Assembly: GCA_036172245.1 (NCBI GenBank)
Contig: JAYWIR010000016.1
Coordinates: 620,001 to 684,000 of the forward strand
DNA: 64,000 nucleotides
Origin: Raillietiella orientalis
Taxonomy: Eukaryota
Direction of reading: 5' to 3'
In this document: one piece after another, positions 35,001-46,750 of the stretch
Layout of the letters: every line of letters begins with the position of its first letter
How positions within the stretch are numbered: position 1 is the first letter of the stretch
Notes under the pieces: model-generated
Seen by the model: only the letters and a program-made list of their open reading frames with translations
Databases searched by the model: none
What the model was told of the DNA's origin: nothing
Made by a program: the position numbers and the translations under genes

Positions 35001-38000
35001 CTGGCTGGCGCTCAAAATCTGATTGGTTAGGATGGCCAAACGGCGATCGCAGCAGCGTGCTGATCGACTCGAGAACGCTGGACACAAAGCCCGAGATTGT
35101 CGAGATGGACGATTTACGTCTCGGTTTCTCTGCTGCTGTACAAGAGAATCCTCCGTGAAGCCCTGGGTGAGAAGCTGGCCGCCCGTGTCCGAAACCTACG
35201 TGTGCTCTGCAGAAAGGTCTCGCCGTGTTCCTCAAGAAATCCCCGTTTCGGATGCTACCTCCGAGATGAGAGCCCTCTCTGCTTTCTACCCTCTGTCACA
35301 TCCCCATGAATAGGGGACAAATTTTCTTTGTGTGTGTTCCAGTGATGCGCCTTTCGTCGTTTTCTCTTTCTCTTTTAATTTGTTTTTTTTTGTTGTGCGT
35401 TTTTGGCTTTCCGTTCTTCGTTTCTTCGTTTCGAGCTTTGATCCTGCCTTTGAGTCTCGGTTTCCGAACGAGGTTTCCGAATCCCTCTGAGGACAATGAC
35501 TTAGGACCTTTGCTGCTATGCCTGACTAAGGGCGCCGAACTTCCAGGAGTCGGGGTCCAGGAAAGCAGACCGTTTGCCAAACTGCTTTCTTGGACGTGAC
35601 TTTTCGTTCAAAAAAATGGAGGCAAAATGATGGACAGCTACATTAGAGGAACCCTTTGACCTTCGAGCTTTATTCTTCCATCGAGGATATTCCATTGTTT
35701 TCGAAGGTCTCCTTGCAGAGAAGGAGGGTGTTCATTCTGCACGAGGCACTGACGTTCCTAGTTGCTCATTCTCACACTTCTCTTGGTCTAAATTTGTAGG
35801 TTGGTGGTTCCCCTTGGAAGATGGTCTCTCCGGTGTCAGCACCGAGCTTCCACGGAACCGACTTTCGGATTCATTCCTCGAATCGCTGCCTGATCGTTCG
35901 TCAAAGAAAGCAAAGAGGTCTCGGAAGGGAACTTCAGAAAACGTGCTCCAAAATGAGGAGAGGGATTCTGCCTGTCGAGAAACTGTCCGTTTATATCTGG
36001 GCACAAGAAGGCGAAAGACTCCCATCTGCGAAAGATTCTCTTTCTTGCGTTTCTTTGCGAATGAGGAGCCGAGCGTGGAGGCGTTGTGAAGTGGATGTTG
36101 ACATCGCGGAGGAATTACCTGAGCAGTGGCCCTCACTAGTCTCCATTTTGAATGATTTCATGGTGAAACAGGAAAACGGGGATTCTCCAGCAAAGATGCA
36201 AGCAGGAAAATGGAAACAGAGACCTTCGTGAGAAAGACGGAAGCCTTCCACCTGCCCTCCGAAAACGAGAGGTCAGCGGCGTGAGACGAAGAGTGAGCAT
36301 CATCGCAGAACTTGCACAGATTCGGGAGATTTGGGCTCGTGGTGGGGCGTACTTGGTTTCGTCAGCCTCCGCAGAACTAGCGCTGAACCCTGCCTCCGCA
36401 GCTGCAAAGCGCCCGCAGGACTCGTGTTCCAGAATTCACGCCTCCCTTGCAGGCATATGCATTTAAGCAGACGCTCGCTCTTCGCTCTTTGTAGGCATCC
36501 AGCGGACATACTTGAAACTCACCTTCCCGCTGGTCGGATTCTCTTGCACCAAACTCCGCCATCTTTGCCGTCAGCGCAGTTTCGTGGCATTCTGGGAAGA
36601 GAAGTAACGTGCGTCCGGTTTTCATGCGCGATTCGCCTAAAGTTGCGTCTGCGGTTGTTCTCTGGACAGTGGTCCGCTGCCCTTTGATGAAAAACCAATC
36701 CCGACTTCTCCTGCGACCGCGGCACCAGAAGGGACACCCTCATCTGGGCGTTGTAGAATGCTCACGGCTGTTCATCGCGCAGGGCTACCAACCCTGCAGT
36801 GAGCTGCCACCGTAGTTTCCACGAGTGGCGGCGAACTCTGGAGCCATCTCTGGCTGCACTCTGCATTCCACAGAATCTGCTCCGCGTGAAGCATCATGCT
36901 CTTTCCTCGTTCGCCCAGAGCAGATGCGTTCCGCGCTTCGATCCGGAGGACTTCCGGTTCATTTCGTTTCAGCTGATCGTCGATCAGTCGCAGTCCGTTT
37001 CGAAGCCTGATTCCAACGGGCTCCAGTACACCACCCTCACCTTGAGCATCTCCATGAACGACCGCTCCCTTTGGGAAACGGGAATCGTCATCAAATGCAT
37101 ATCGAAGATCGCAGGAATCTACGAAGAATCCGTCGAGCATTATGCGTACGTGGGAGAGAACCAGATGATTTCTGTTCAGCACGACTGGTCCTCCATGCTC
37201 AAGTCTGGTAAGTAGGAATCAGCTCCCTTCCTGAATCAAGATTCCCTCTGCTGCCGTCCCAAACGCGATCAACGCCCGACGAGAAGTCGAAAGAGCAACA
37301 GCAAAGTACCAGGGAGCGAAATGAGTTTGCGCACGCCCATCCGGCGGCGGCGCCAGCAGCAGCGATCGCAGTACCGCCGTTGCTCCCGCGAACCTTCGAA
37401 ATGCGCCCTGTCGTTCGACACGCGCGATGGCACGCCGGAGATTGCGCATTGCCCCAGACCGGTGTGGCCCCGAGGCGGAATCGTGCACCGCGCTGCTCCC
37501 GAAACAACCTTTTCCGCAACGGACGTCACACGAGCAGGAAGCCTCGGAATAAGCGCCTCGCTCGGATCCCCCCCGCGTCTTTTTTCCCCTCCGTCGAGTC
37601 GACTTTGGTCCACACGCGGCGCTTCCCTCGGAAGCACCGCGCCAGGAAGGACAGCCACATCGTCCTCTCCGAGCGCTGGGCGCGCCGAGAGTTTAGCGCC
37701 AGCTCGAACCTCTTCCTCGAAGCTGGACTCGGGAGGGAACAGGTCCGATCAGGCTGAGGATCAATAATCTGATTGCATAAACGATAATGAAGCAAAGGAT
37801 TGCATGATCCAGAGCTTCCACAGCCTCCACGAGGAGCGCTGAGTTCGCTCGCTTTGCGGTTGCGCCTTTCCGAGTTTCTCACCGCCACCCCTCCCCCCTT
37901 CCCTCTCCTTCCTACTTTGCTTTCCCTAACAAATTGGCAATTTCGGACGTCAGCCGACCATACTTTTGTGTGGGGCCAAGGCGACACGCATTGGTCGAAC

Positions 38001-38698
38001 CAAGGGGCAGCAAATGTGCTGCCCCCTAGTTCAATTAACGCGCGCATCGAGCGGTATTTTTCACCTAAGCGTTCGCTTCCCTGTGCACCGATGCATCCTT
38101 CCATTCATCTCGAGGCTTCCCTGCACCTCCGTTCCCTCCCTGGAAAAGGACCCACGCCGGTGAAGCCCAGTTTCCAAGCTAACGCGCCAGCTTCGCATGC
38201 AAAATCATCGATCCCTACCATCAAATTGATTTTCTTGACTCCTCCGTGGGATCCAGCGGCAAGGCTGTCACGGACGCCGTTGGGCAAGGAGATCCTCGCG
38301 TAAATCGGGCGCAAGCGCCAAATCCGAGGGCGGGGCGCCGCTCATCGGTGCCTTCGGTGAGGACCTGCACCGCGCAGTCTGCGGCCATACCACGCTGAAA
38401 GCACCGCCTCTCGTCTGACCCCTGACCGTCTCACCGCGCCCTCTTAGGTGTCACCACCCAGCCGGAGTAGCGCGCTTCCTCGGCGCCCGCTGCTCCATCG
38501 TATGCGTGCGGGGCCGAGAAAAGAATAGGTCCTGTTTCCGTTTTCATTTCATCAAGGTTTTAATGAGTTTTTTTTTTTTTTTTGCTTTCATCCCCATTTT
38601 TCTCTCCAGGACAGTCAAGATCGTCCACGAATCCAGCCAGCTGGATGTTGACTCGCCTCCTCCCTTCGCTCTTAACGTGGACTGCATTGAAGATCTAA
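19966..38698 (+). CDS. beat: Beaten path (Beat)-family two-Ig-domain cell-surface protein, spliced: join(19966..20047,20163..20380,20534..20672,27674..27807,36973..37207,38610..38698); 897 nt, 298 aa
   Basis: All five introns are GT-AG, the phases chain consistently (1,0,1,0,1) and there is no internal stop. The protein reads [35 protein letters not shown] (signal-like), then V-type Ig1 with Beat hallmarks [22 protein letters not shown] and [16 protein letters not shown]. Ig2 contains [29 protein letters not shown] and [24 protein letters not shown], followed by a hydrophobic tail. Family assigned by motif recognition; the paralogue is not assignable. Confidence 0.88.
20163..20380 (+). CDS. 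Beat-like gene exon, N-terminal half of Ig domain 1
   Basis: Pyrimidine tract plus gcag acceptor ending 20162; encodes [72 protein letters not shown]; donor gtaagt at 20381. Confidence 0.92.
20534..20672 (+). CDS. Beat-like gene exon, C-terminal half of Ig domain 1
   Basis: Acceptor ttttcag ending 20533; encodes [46 protein letters not shown]; donor T|gtaagt at 20673. Confidence 0.92.
26556..26624. repeat. Perfect 20-bp direct repeat (ACCGGGAATCGCTTCCGATC) with a 29-bp spacer
   Basis: Copies at 26556-26575 and 26605-26624. Confidence 0.9.
27674..27807 (+). CDS. Beat-like gene exon, N-terminal half of Ig domain 2 (absent from the ORF track)
   Basis: Acceptor ccattttag ending 27673; encodes (S)[44 protein letters not shown], matching the Beat Ig2 pattern P..P.I.G...Y......C.S..S.PA..L.W.I; donor gtgagt at 27808; phases match both neighbouring exons. 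Confidence 0.88.
32444..32570 (+). pseudogene. Cam: Calmodulin 3' fragment (about residues 108-148, EF-hand 4), frameshifted pseudogene inside Beat intron 4
   Basis: Reads VMTNLGE[+1 G near 32465][34 protein letters not shown], versus invertebrate calmodulin [41 protein letters not shown]. One frameshift and two substitutions (L>F, E>G). No upstream calmodulin sequence; AT-rich UTR-like tail with ATTAAA at 32633-32638. Confidence 0.92.
33900..36250 (+). mobile_element. Highly decayed LINE ORF2 relic(s) in Beat intron 4
   Basis: Weak ordered remnants [19 protein letters not shown] (cf. PLSPLLYVL) and GKWKQRPS (cf. WK.R.LS). Boundaries uncertain. Confidence 0.3.
36973..37207 (+). CDS. Beat-like gene exon, C-terminal half of Ig domain 2 plus stalk
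   Basis: Acceptor atttcgtttcag ending 36972; encodes [78 protein letters not shown], supplying the second Ig2 cysteine; donor G|gtaagt at 37208. Confidence 0.88.
38377..38420 (+). pseudogene. 5S rRNA 5' fragment (about nt 1-44) in the last Beat intron
   Basis: GTCTGCGGCCATACCACGCTGAAAGCACCGCCTCTCGTCTGACC matches the 5' end of metazoan 5S rRNA; similarity stops before box A. Confidence 0.8.
38610..38698 (+). CDS. Beat-like gene, probable terminal coding exon (GPI-signal-like tail)
   Basis: Strong acceptor (long T/pyrimidine tract, tttttctctccag ending 38609). Phase-1 reading gives [29 protein letters not shown] then TAA at 38696-38698: small residues followed by a hydrophobic terminus. Confidence 0.7.
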
Positions 38699-41299
38699 AT
38701 GCAGCATCATTATTTTCATTTTTTTTTCCCTCCATGCTCTTTGCAGAGGGGGAAAAAAGGGGGGGGGGGATGGCTTGTGGTGGGAATCCTCTTTTAACGG
38801 TCGGAAGAACCCACAAGCAACGGTGCTTCCTGCTGTTGATCCGAATGCTACGCTTCCTCTTTCCGTGGACTTCCAAGTGTCTTTTATCCATTGCCATATC
38901 AGCACACCTTTCAAAGCATCTGAGCCACCCACCCACCACCCTCACCACACCCGCCCCCCCCCCTAATGAGTCTGCAGAGATAGCACGAGAAAGTTTGCGA
39001 AAAGAATGGGGAAAAGAGGAAGCGAAAAGAACTGCGGATACCCAGAGACGAGGAGGCGTCTCCAGAGTGGTACTCAATGCGCAGCGCCGTGAGCATCGAC
39101 CTCTGACTGTCAGCGGAAGCTCTTAAATGTGCATCAGCAGTTCTTCTTGGGAACGTCCGTGTCGCTTGCGAATCCCTCCTTCCTCCGAATGAAAGTCCCC
39201 GCATCATCCTCCGCCGCCAGTGCTTTCCCGTAACGAAATCCTCGCGGCAAGGGAGGTGCCCCTCCAGGCCAAACGGTACCCCGCCAGTCCTGGAGCACGT
39301 TCGTGTGGCTGGGAGGAGGAAAGAAGAAAAACAACCTCCCCTCTGAGTGCTACGGAGGGTGCATCTGTAGATGGATTTTTAGATGCGCAATCGCCTAGCA
39401 ACGAGAGCGTGTGAGGGAGACCACGTGTCCAAGTGATGAAAGGAAAAAAAAAAAAAAAGCTGTACACTTTTTTGATACGTTGATTGTTAATAAGAGCTAT
39501 TGTTACGTAAAACTGAGTACGGCTTTGTTTATTTTCGGGAAACCCGGCGTGGCTGGAGCTTCCGCAAAAGGGTTCCTCCCCAGGACTGCAAGCTTCCCTG
39601 GGAAGCTGCGTGGGAAGCGCCGCGGGCTACCAGCTACGAGACTCGCTGGAAACCTCGATCCTCGGACGGCTTGGAATCCCTGCATCGGAAAGGGAACCCT
39701 TGACGCTTTCCCTCGTGATAAATTTTGCATACTCCTCGAGAAAAAGAAAAGGAAATGTGCGGATGACCGGGAGAACTTTCCGAGCGGCATCGTCCAGATT
39801 CCCTTGCAGCTACGGGAAGAGATACACCTCGTCGTGCACCTCGTCCCCATCTCCACGGCTTTCCGTCATCGTTTCGTGATTTCCCCAACTCCTGACAGGG
39901 AACCCCGCCTGCTCCTCCTTGGTCGCGGCGAAGTGCGCAGGCGCAGCTTCCCAGAGGCGCCCGCCAATCTTGTCCCCCGCATCAAGCAGACCTTTACTTG
40001 TTGTCCCGGTTGCAGCCGAGAACTGATCCAACGAGAAACAGAGAGCGACGCACGTTTCTTCGTTCCTCGCAGAAGTGGGCGGCACGTGCACCGTGTCCCG
40101 TCCTTAGGAGCTTGAAACGGGGAGAGGATGCCCGGAGAACGATCCCTGTAAGCAGCGCGAATAAAAGTGCTCCCCTTGCCACGTGTAGAGAACGAGGCCT
40201 GCAGCCTCTCGACCTTGTGCACGAATCTGCAGGCAAAGATAAATACGTAAAGGCGTTTGGGGGGCAGGCATCGGGGAGGGGGTGCTCATCAACTCGCTTT
40301 TTCATCAACTTTCCTCCGCCATCTCTCGCGGTTGCCTTCATTTTGCTTTCTCCTCCACCCATCTCGCTACTTAAAACGAAAACGACGGCCGCTGGCGACG
40401 TGCATGTCGCTCCCATTTTCAGGAGGGGGGGGAAAGGACGTGCATGCCGAGAGACGGATCCCTCAAACTCGAGCACTATGGCTTCTGCTTCTTCGTTCTC
40501 AGCAAGGCCGGATAAATTTTTCGCCGCCCCGCATCCACCAGGTAGAGCCAACATGCCGAAATCCTCAGCTTTGGCTTCTTTGGGGTCGCATCTCTTCTCT
40601 CGCAATCCCTGCTGCTTCTGCGGGGGCATCCATCTTCTCTTTTCGCTGCCTCTTTTGCTCCATGGCTCACAACCTGGGTGATGTTGGCATCAGGTGCCCA
40701 TTCCACTCTTGCCATGTGAGTAGGGCCCCCACTTCCTGCTAATCCATCAAGGCGACGACGGCGACATGCATCGTGTTTGACAACGCTCAGGGTGTGAGCT
40801 GGAGAACCCCTTTTCTATGGGGAGAAAGAAAAAGAAATTATTCTTTTGCTGGGACATAAGGAGGAGCAAATGTAGAGATTGCTTCTTGAAGGGCCGCTCT
40901 GCTCAGCCACATCTTTCCACAAAGGAGTACTCACTCGGGGTATCAAGACGCCCTACCTTTGCCGTTGCTATCTTCTATTCTCCCTATTGAAACCTTTTCA
41001 AGGAGCAGTTGGTGCGGTTCATGGAATCTGATGAAGAAGGCTCGAAGCAAGGGATGAGAGAAGAGAATTATCGTGGCCTTTTTTAGGGGGGGAAGGGGGG
41101 GGCTGAGGAAGAGCGACGGCAAAGTAGTATCCCAAACCAAAGGCGGGATGGTCGCCACTGAGCTCCGATGAACGGGACCTCCTTTTGTCATGGTTTCTCT
41201 TGTTGAACGGAGGGGAAGCAAATCTTTCAGCCGTCCTGGGATGCAACAGTTGAGACACAGCGGCGGATGGAAGGCCTCAGAGCTCGCGAACCGTTGCCA

Positions 41300-41725
41300 G
41301 GATGCAGACTGCTCTCAGGTTAACCAATTGGAGTGAACGGATTGCGCTCCGACTACCGCCGGAGTGATTCACCCTCGGTACTCCTCCTTCGCCCCGTTGC
41401 CATCTCCTCTAAGCAGCCTCCTGAGTGTGAAAGTTCATCACACGTCAGCCAATCTCGATCACCTCTTTCCGGATGCCACCAATAAGCTCTGCCCATGAAG
41501 ATCTCACTGAATGCTCTGCGTCGAGGTCTCCGCGCAGCTCCCAGTTTTCCCAGAGCGCTCGGGAATACTTCCCCGAAGCTCCCGTTCCGTGGAATTCCAT
41601 CCATCGAAAATTTCAAGGGAGACGATCGATGACTGGAAAATCATTTGGAATATTCCTGTCACGGCCTCATTTCGCGAGTGCTCCACTTAACGACGGAGTA
41701 ATTGTTTTTCGGGAATCCTCCTCGG
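41300..41725 (-). mobile_element. Decayed LINE ORF2, N-terminal RT region, possibly the same element as the ORF1 at 43.5-44 kb
   Basis: Remnant motifs in the expected order across frames: GLPLITEEDSRK, MDGIP (cf. PG.DG.P) and HPERGDRDWL (cf. L.KKGD..DL.NW). Confidence 0.45.
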
Positions 41726-43470
41726 TAATTAAGGGAAGGCCTCTATTATGACCATGGAAAAGGACCTCCTTTTGCAAGCTCTCGCGCTGGAGTCTTCGAA
41801 CAACCGGTCCGCCTTGCTTGCCTTGCTTTCCGTCTTCCTTGATTTTTCTTGTCCTCGATGTCGCAAACCCTTCCCTTTAGCTCTCCTTTGCCTTAGCCGT
41901 GGATTGGTGCGGAGGGAGACACTTTGGGGATGATCGGAATCCCTCGACTCTCACGGGGGCCGCGGCCCCGACTCCACAAGTCCAATTGCCATCTTGGTTC
42001 CGTTCTGGATCTTCCTAAGCAAATCCACGGGCACGTCGAGGCCCTACTCTGGATTCGATTGATCCTTCTTGGAGACACGCTAGACGCCGCACATGCCACA
42101 CCCCAAAGGCTCGAGGAACATACCCTTGACGAGTCCGAGCGTTACACGCGAGGGAGCACCTGCAGCTGTGAAGACCTTCTCAGGAAGGAGGGAACTCTCG
42201 GAACGCCAAACGAAGCCAAGCGGCTTTCGTCTGGTCCCCAAAAGGACGCTCGCGAGTCAGACGACCCTCAAATTTAGACCAGCTCCTTCCCCAAACTTAC
42301 AAGAGGTGTGGTGGTGTATCGATTCATTAAACTACAGGACAAAAACACGCACATTGAAAACAGTTGTTCTCTGTACTGCTGCTTGCCGGTTCTTTCATGA
42401 TCATCGCAATGTGTGTAATTCTGGGGATAACTTTCTTGGTTCGAGGTACACCTTCTCGAACACGTGATGCTAGGTTCCTGTGGGGACTGTACCGCGTTCT
42501 CGACCACCAAGTTCACTCTTTAGCAGCATCTTTGTGATGATGTCTCTGGCCGTTGCATCCATCGTTGCATATACTTTACATAACTCTTCGCAGCGTATTT
42601 GCTGGGATGCTGCTGATAAGGGAGGCGCCCTTATCAAAGGGTTCCATCGTAAGACATTTCCTTCTCTCCCTGGTAGTCCTCTTAGGTATTCCACCTTTGT
42701 CTTTTCCTTACGAAGGCACCGACAGTTTCCTTAGGTCGGACAAGCGGTGGGGTGAATTTGCTGACCAAACAAATTTTACATTGCAACCCTTTACAAATAA
42801 CACTCGATTCACTTCTATTAATAGTTTTTGCTTATGGCAACACTTGAGGCATTTTGCCTTTCACTTATGGTCTTTGTCTTTGTCCTTACATTTTGTGGAG
42901 GGAAAAAGTCACTCCTGCACGTCTGGGAGATGATCCTTCCCCAGCTGCAAGTTCCTATTTTCTTGACGTGATCGACAGGAGGGAGGCCATCGGGAATTAC
43001 AGGTCAATCTGGTTCTTCTTTTTCTGCCTGGGAGAAGTCCATCGTTTGTTCTCAGAAGATTTTTCATCGCCGATGTCGCTTTCCGACTTGGAGAAGTCTG
43101 TGGATTCTTCTTTTCCCTGCTAGGCATGCAGTCCTCGTTATATTTTTCCTCATCGCAGGAGGGTTTCCTGTTACTGCCTCGTCCAGCGCGTTTTGCTCTT
43201 CAAGGCGCTTCTTTTCGCCTGCTTTTGTGCTGCAGGTCCCCTTCTCGAAAGTGAAGATAGACAACACAAAGTCCTTCTCCTGCTCCTCGGTGGTGTACGG
43301 ACGGATCGCTCCTGTAAATGTCGCGGCCATCTCACATTCGTACTCCGTGGTCTGCTTCTCTTCCTCTTCCTCGCGACTTTCCACCACCGCCGCTACCGGG
43401 GTAGGAGGAAAATCTTCCGCGGTCGACTGCTTCCTTTTCTTCTGTATCTTCTTTTGCTACTGCTGCGTTT

Positions 43471-43993
43471 CTAGGAGGCTCGAGTCACCGACTGTGGAGG
43501 AGGGGCAGCCCCGCCGGCCCCCACTTCGGGAAGTGGAGGCAATCCTCGGGTCATGAGCCAGTCGAAGTACTCCTTGCCCTCCTTCTTCACGTGGCATGAC
43601 ATTTTGCAGCGACGGCACTGTGAGGACTCGGAGCAATCCTTGATGAACTGGCCGATTCGGCCGCACTTGACGGGGCACCGTGCCTTAGGGCAGGCGCCTA
43701 CTCGGTGGCCAAACTCCTTGCAGCCCGTGCAGAAGATGGGCTGCAGGCGGTACCGCAGCTGCACATGCTGGGGGTACTCGTCCATGGGAACGATTTCAAC
43801 ATCTTCTCATCAGAAACAGCTTGATGCGCACCATGGCTTCCCTCGAGAAGATGTCCTCGATATGGTTGTGGAATTCAGCCTTCTCAACCTCACCGTATTT
43901 GGAGTTTTTGCCCCAATACGATGAAGGCACCAACAGTAGGCGCGCAGGTAGCTGTTGTGAAAATGCCACTGCATTAATTTTTGAGGCAGCCAA
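43471..43993 (-). mobile_element. Decayed ORF1 (RRM-like region plus three CCHC zinc knuckles) of an L1/Tx1-clade non-LTR retrotransposon
   Basis: VQLRYRLQPIF-CTGCKEFGHRVGAC is an intact CX2CX4HX4C. Two damaged knuckles follow (CPVKCGRIGQFIKDC and CRRCKMSCHVKKEG); the triplet spans about 43576-43731. The upstream frame has SKYGEVEKAEF..IFSREAMVRIKL. Split by frameshift. Confidence 0.75.
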
Positions 43994-44959
43994 ACTGCCA
44001 GTCCTTCATTCTGCCGACAGCTGCGTGAGTTCGGACTGGTTCGGTCGCCGCAAACTCCGCGGGTTCAAAACCCGTGACCGCCGTGGGTTTCTTCGTAGTT
44101 CAACAGGAAAGAAGTAAAAGAGAGGAGAGCTGCGGAGATGGAGGACACGTCGACGCTGGGAATACTACGAGGGCTCTTCGAAGGCGGAGAAGGCGTTCCC
44201 CGCTACGACCCTACCGTGCGGGTGATTGTCGCCTTCTCTCCCTGAGGAGCATCCTCATCAGAAGGACCAAGTTGACCCACGGGCATGTGCGCACTGCCCG
44301 AGGCATTCTCTCAGGACTTCCGAAAAGGGAGAGAAACATCGGGGCAGGCGGGAGAGTTCCAGCTTGGACTCTCCTGGATTGCCTGCGAATTGTGAACTGT
44401 GCGGCCAGGACGGTGTAGTGTTGCGCCCGCGCAGGCCGCATCAGTGAATGTGTGCTGCTGTGTCGTTTGCAAGGGGATTGGTCCGTTTTTTGTTTCAATA
44501 AATTCACCCCATTGCGAGTCAGACTGGGGAAAGGGAGCTGCAGTTCGGTTCGGTGCCATTGCTGAAAATCGGTTCGGCATGCCTGTTTGGAATTCTGAGC
44601 CAAGCGGAGAATTGATGCATCCCGGAGACAAGGTACATTCCAGAAGTTGAGGATCTTTTTGCTGACGGCAACGCAGCGATCTTGTCCTGGGTTCACTTTG
44701 CTTCGATTGGCTCGTAGCTCGAGACGAGAACTGCCCTGCAAGACCGCGCGCAGTATGGCGCTGAACTGGAAGCGGAAGCCAAGATCGAATGATCAGCAAA
44801 GTTCCCCATCCTTGCGCAGAAAATTGAAACTGGGAAAAATCGAATGCACAAAATTCTTTTTGAAAAACTGCAACACTTCATGCAAGCCAGTAGGAAACTC
44901 CTCTCCCTACTTTGTTTCATTTTTTTTTTTTTTTTGAAGAAAACGGAACTTCAAAAATC

Positions 44960-46750
44960 TTTGTTATGAACTGTGGACAAGGGGAAACGCCTCTTTCAAA
45001 GGAGAATTTGCCTCATCCTCATCTAGATCCTGTTTAGCAGCTACTGTTGCCATCTCTTCATCCCGGAAAGATAGTAGTTGCGTTGGTACCCTCGTGCCTA
45101 AGAAGTATCCAAGGGTCCAAAGCAACCAACGACTGTTCAATGGTCTTCTGTTCCTGTCTAAGTCTGAATACCTGCGCCTACGGCCGGGGAAATCTTTACA
45201 GCTCATAGTTTTCAATTTTGGGCAGTTCGTACTCGTGATCTCTGGGGAATCGTAGACGCTTCCTGCTCAAACGCAGCCTCCTGCGAGATGAGCATCCGCT
45301 TCACAGGGATCTGAACCGAGTACCGCTTCATCCCAAGAACGGTGGCGGAATGAGCGCGGATGCAGCAGCCAGAGGGAAAACAAAGCAGAGATGGGAGTCT
45401 CAAGTAAGAGCACGTGCTGCCAGCAGATGCGGCTCTGAGGATGCAGACGCCATGTCCAAGGACGGACCAGGCATCTTCTCCCACCAGATGTGTTCAGCGT
45501 TCTCGATTAACGTCAGATGAGAACACGACATCAGGGAGGCAGTAAAACGGTCGAAAGAGCGCGCTAACGGGAGGGAAGTGCAGCTCGAAACACCACGGAA
45601 GAAACACATGCCATTCCTCTAGTGTTGCGTAGTACCGTGCGTCTCGAACAAACTCACCTATATCACAGTGCTGTCTTCCGGATGGATCTCTCCTATGAAC
45701 AACAGCGGCAGCATGACGCGAAGAGAAGGAAGAGCGCTGGTGGGACAGTCGCCAAGCATCCAAAAGGCATGGTAGGAAAACTTATTATTGGATCCTCATT
45801 GACAGGTCGACTTCAAAATGTCATCCGCACTGAGTAAAGAGGGCGCTTCATGCAACACCTTGGCAAATGACGGAGGCAAACACAAGGATCCAAAATCCAT
45901 CGTGCCGTGGAAAAGATGATGCACCACCCATTTGGGTAATTTTTGTTGTCGACCTATTGGTAAAAAAAAAAAAAAAAAAAAAACGAAACATGGAAAACTA
46001 ATGGCTTGAAAGCACTTCTTGAGATGATGTTTAAGAAAACCCCATCTTCACCCAGAGATCACGCATCTCTGTTGCATATGAAAAAAGCATCCGATAAAGC
46101 CACGTGCTGAATCCATGTTTCCATGGCTCCCAGATGAAAATAGGCCCCTCTTGTTGACTTACGCGTGAGAATGTGGCTCTATCTCAAGTCCTTCCTTGGG
46201 AGTCACTTTGATCTCAGAAGTTTGGATGATTTTCTGTATGAAGTGGAGGAACACGTCAAAAGATCCCGAGGAAAGGTTCTCCAGGAATACTCCAAAAGAC
46301 GATCATCTTTAGTTCTCCAGAATTCCACCCCAAAGCTTCCGACTGGATCCTGGAATAACTTTTCTTGAAGACTGTAATGGCCTTCACCCTTACACATCGA
46401 TTACCGCATGCAAGAGTTCTGGCAGGACCCCCCGGACGGGAACCAGAAAGCAGCGTGGCACCAGAGGGAAATGGTGTCAAGGGTTCCAGGAAGAAAAAAA
46501 AAAGGATAAGGGAAAGTTGGAAACCGAACCGCACGTCTGCAGACAAGTGAGCACAATGAACACTGCCTCAGGTTCAATTGCCAGATAAACGAACCGGTCC
46601 ATTGAGTGCACCTGCAGATCCAAAGCGTCGTGATAGAAAATCCTGTCTTCACAGAATCGCCGGTTGATGATCGTTTTTAATCGCACATCTGGATTCATTC
46701 CTTCCCCTTTGGTTGTCAAACGCACTGATCATCTTCTCGAGTGGCACGTC
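44960..46750 (-). mobile_element. Decayed L1/Tx1-like ORF2 relic
   Basis: GEGMNPDVRL (endonuclease C-terminal-like), GSFGVEFWRTKDDRLLE (cf. DG...EFY..FW..L) and LGYFLG (thumb-like) occur in the expected order, with many stops and frameshifts. Confidence 0.35.
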
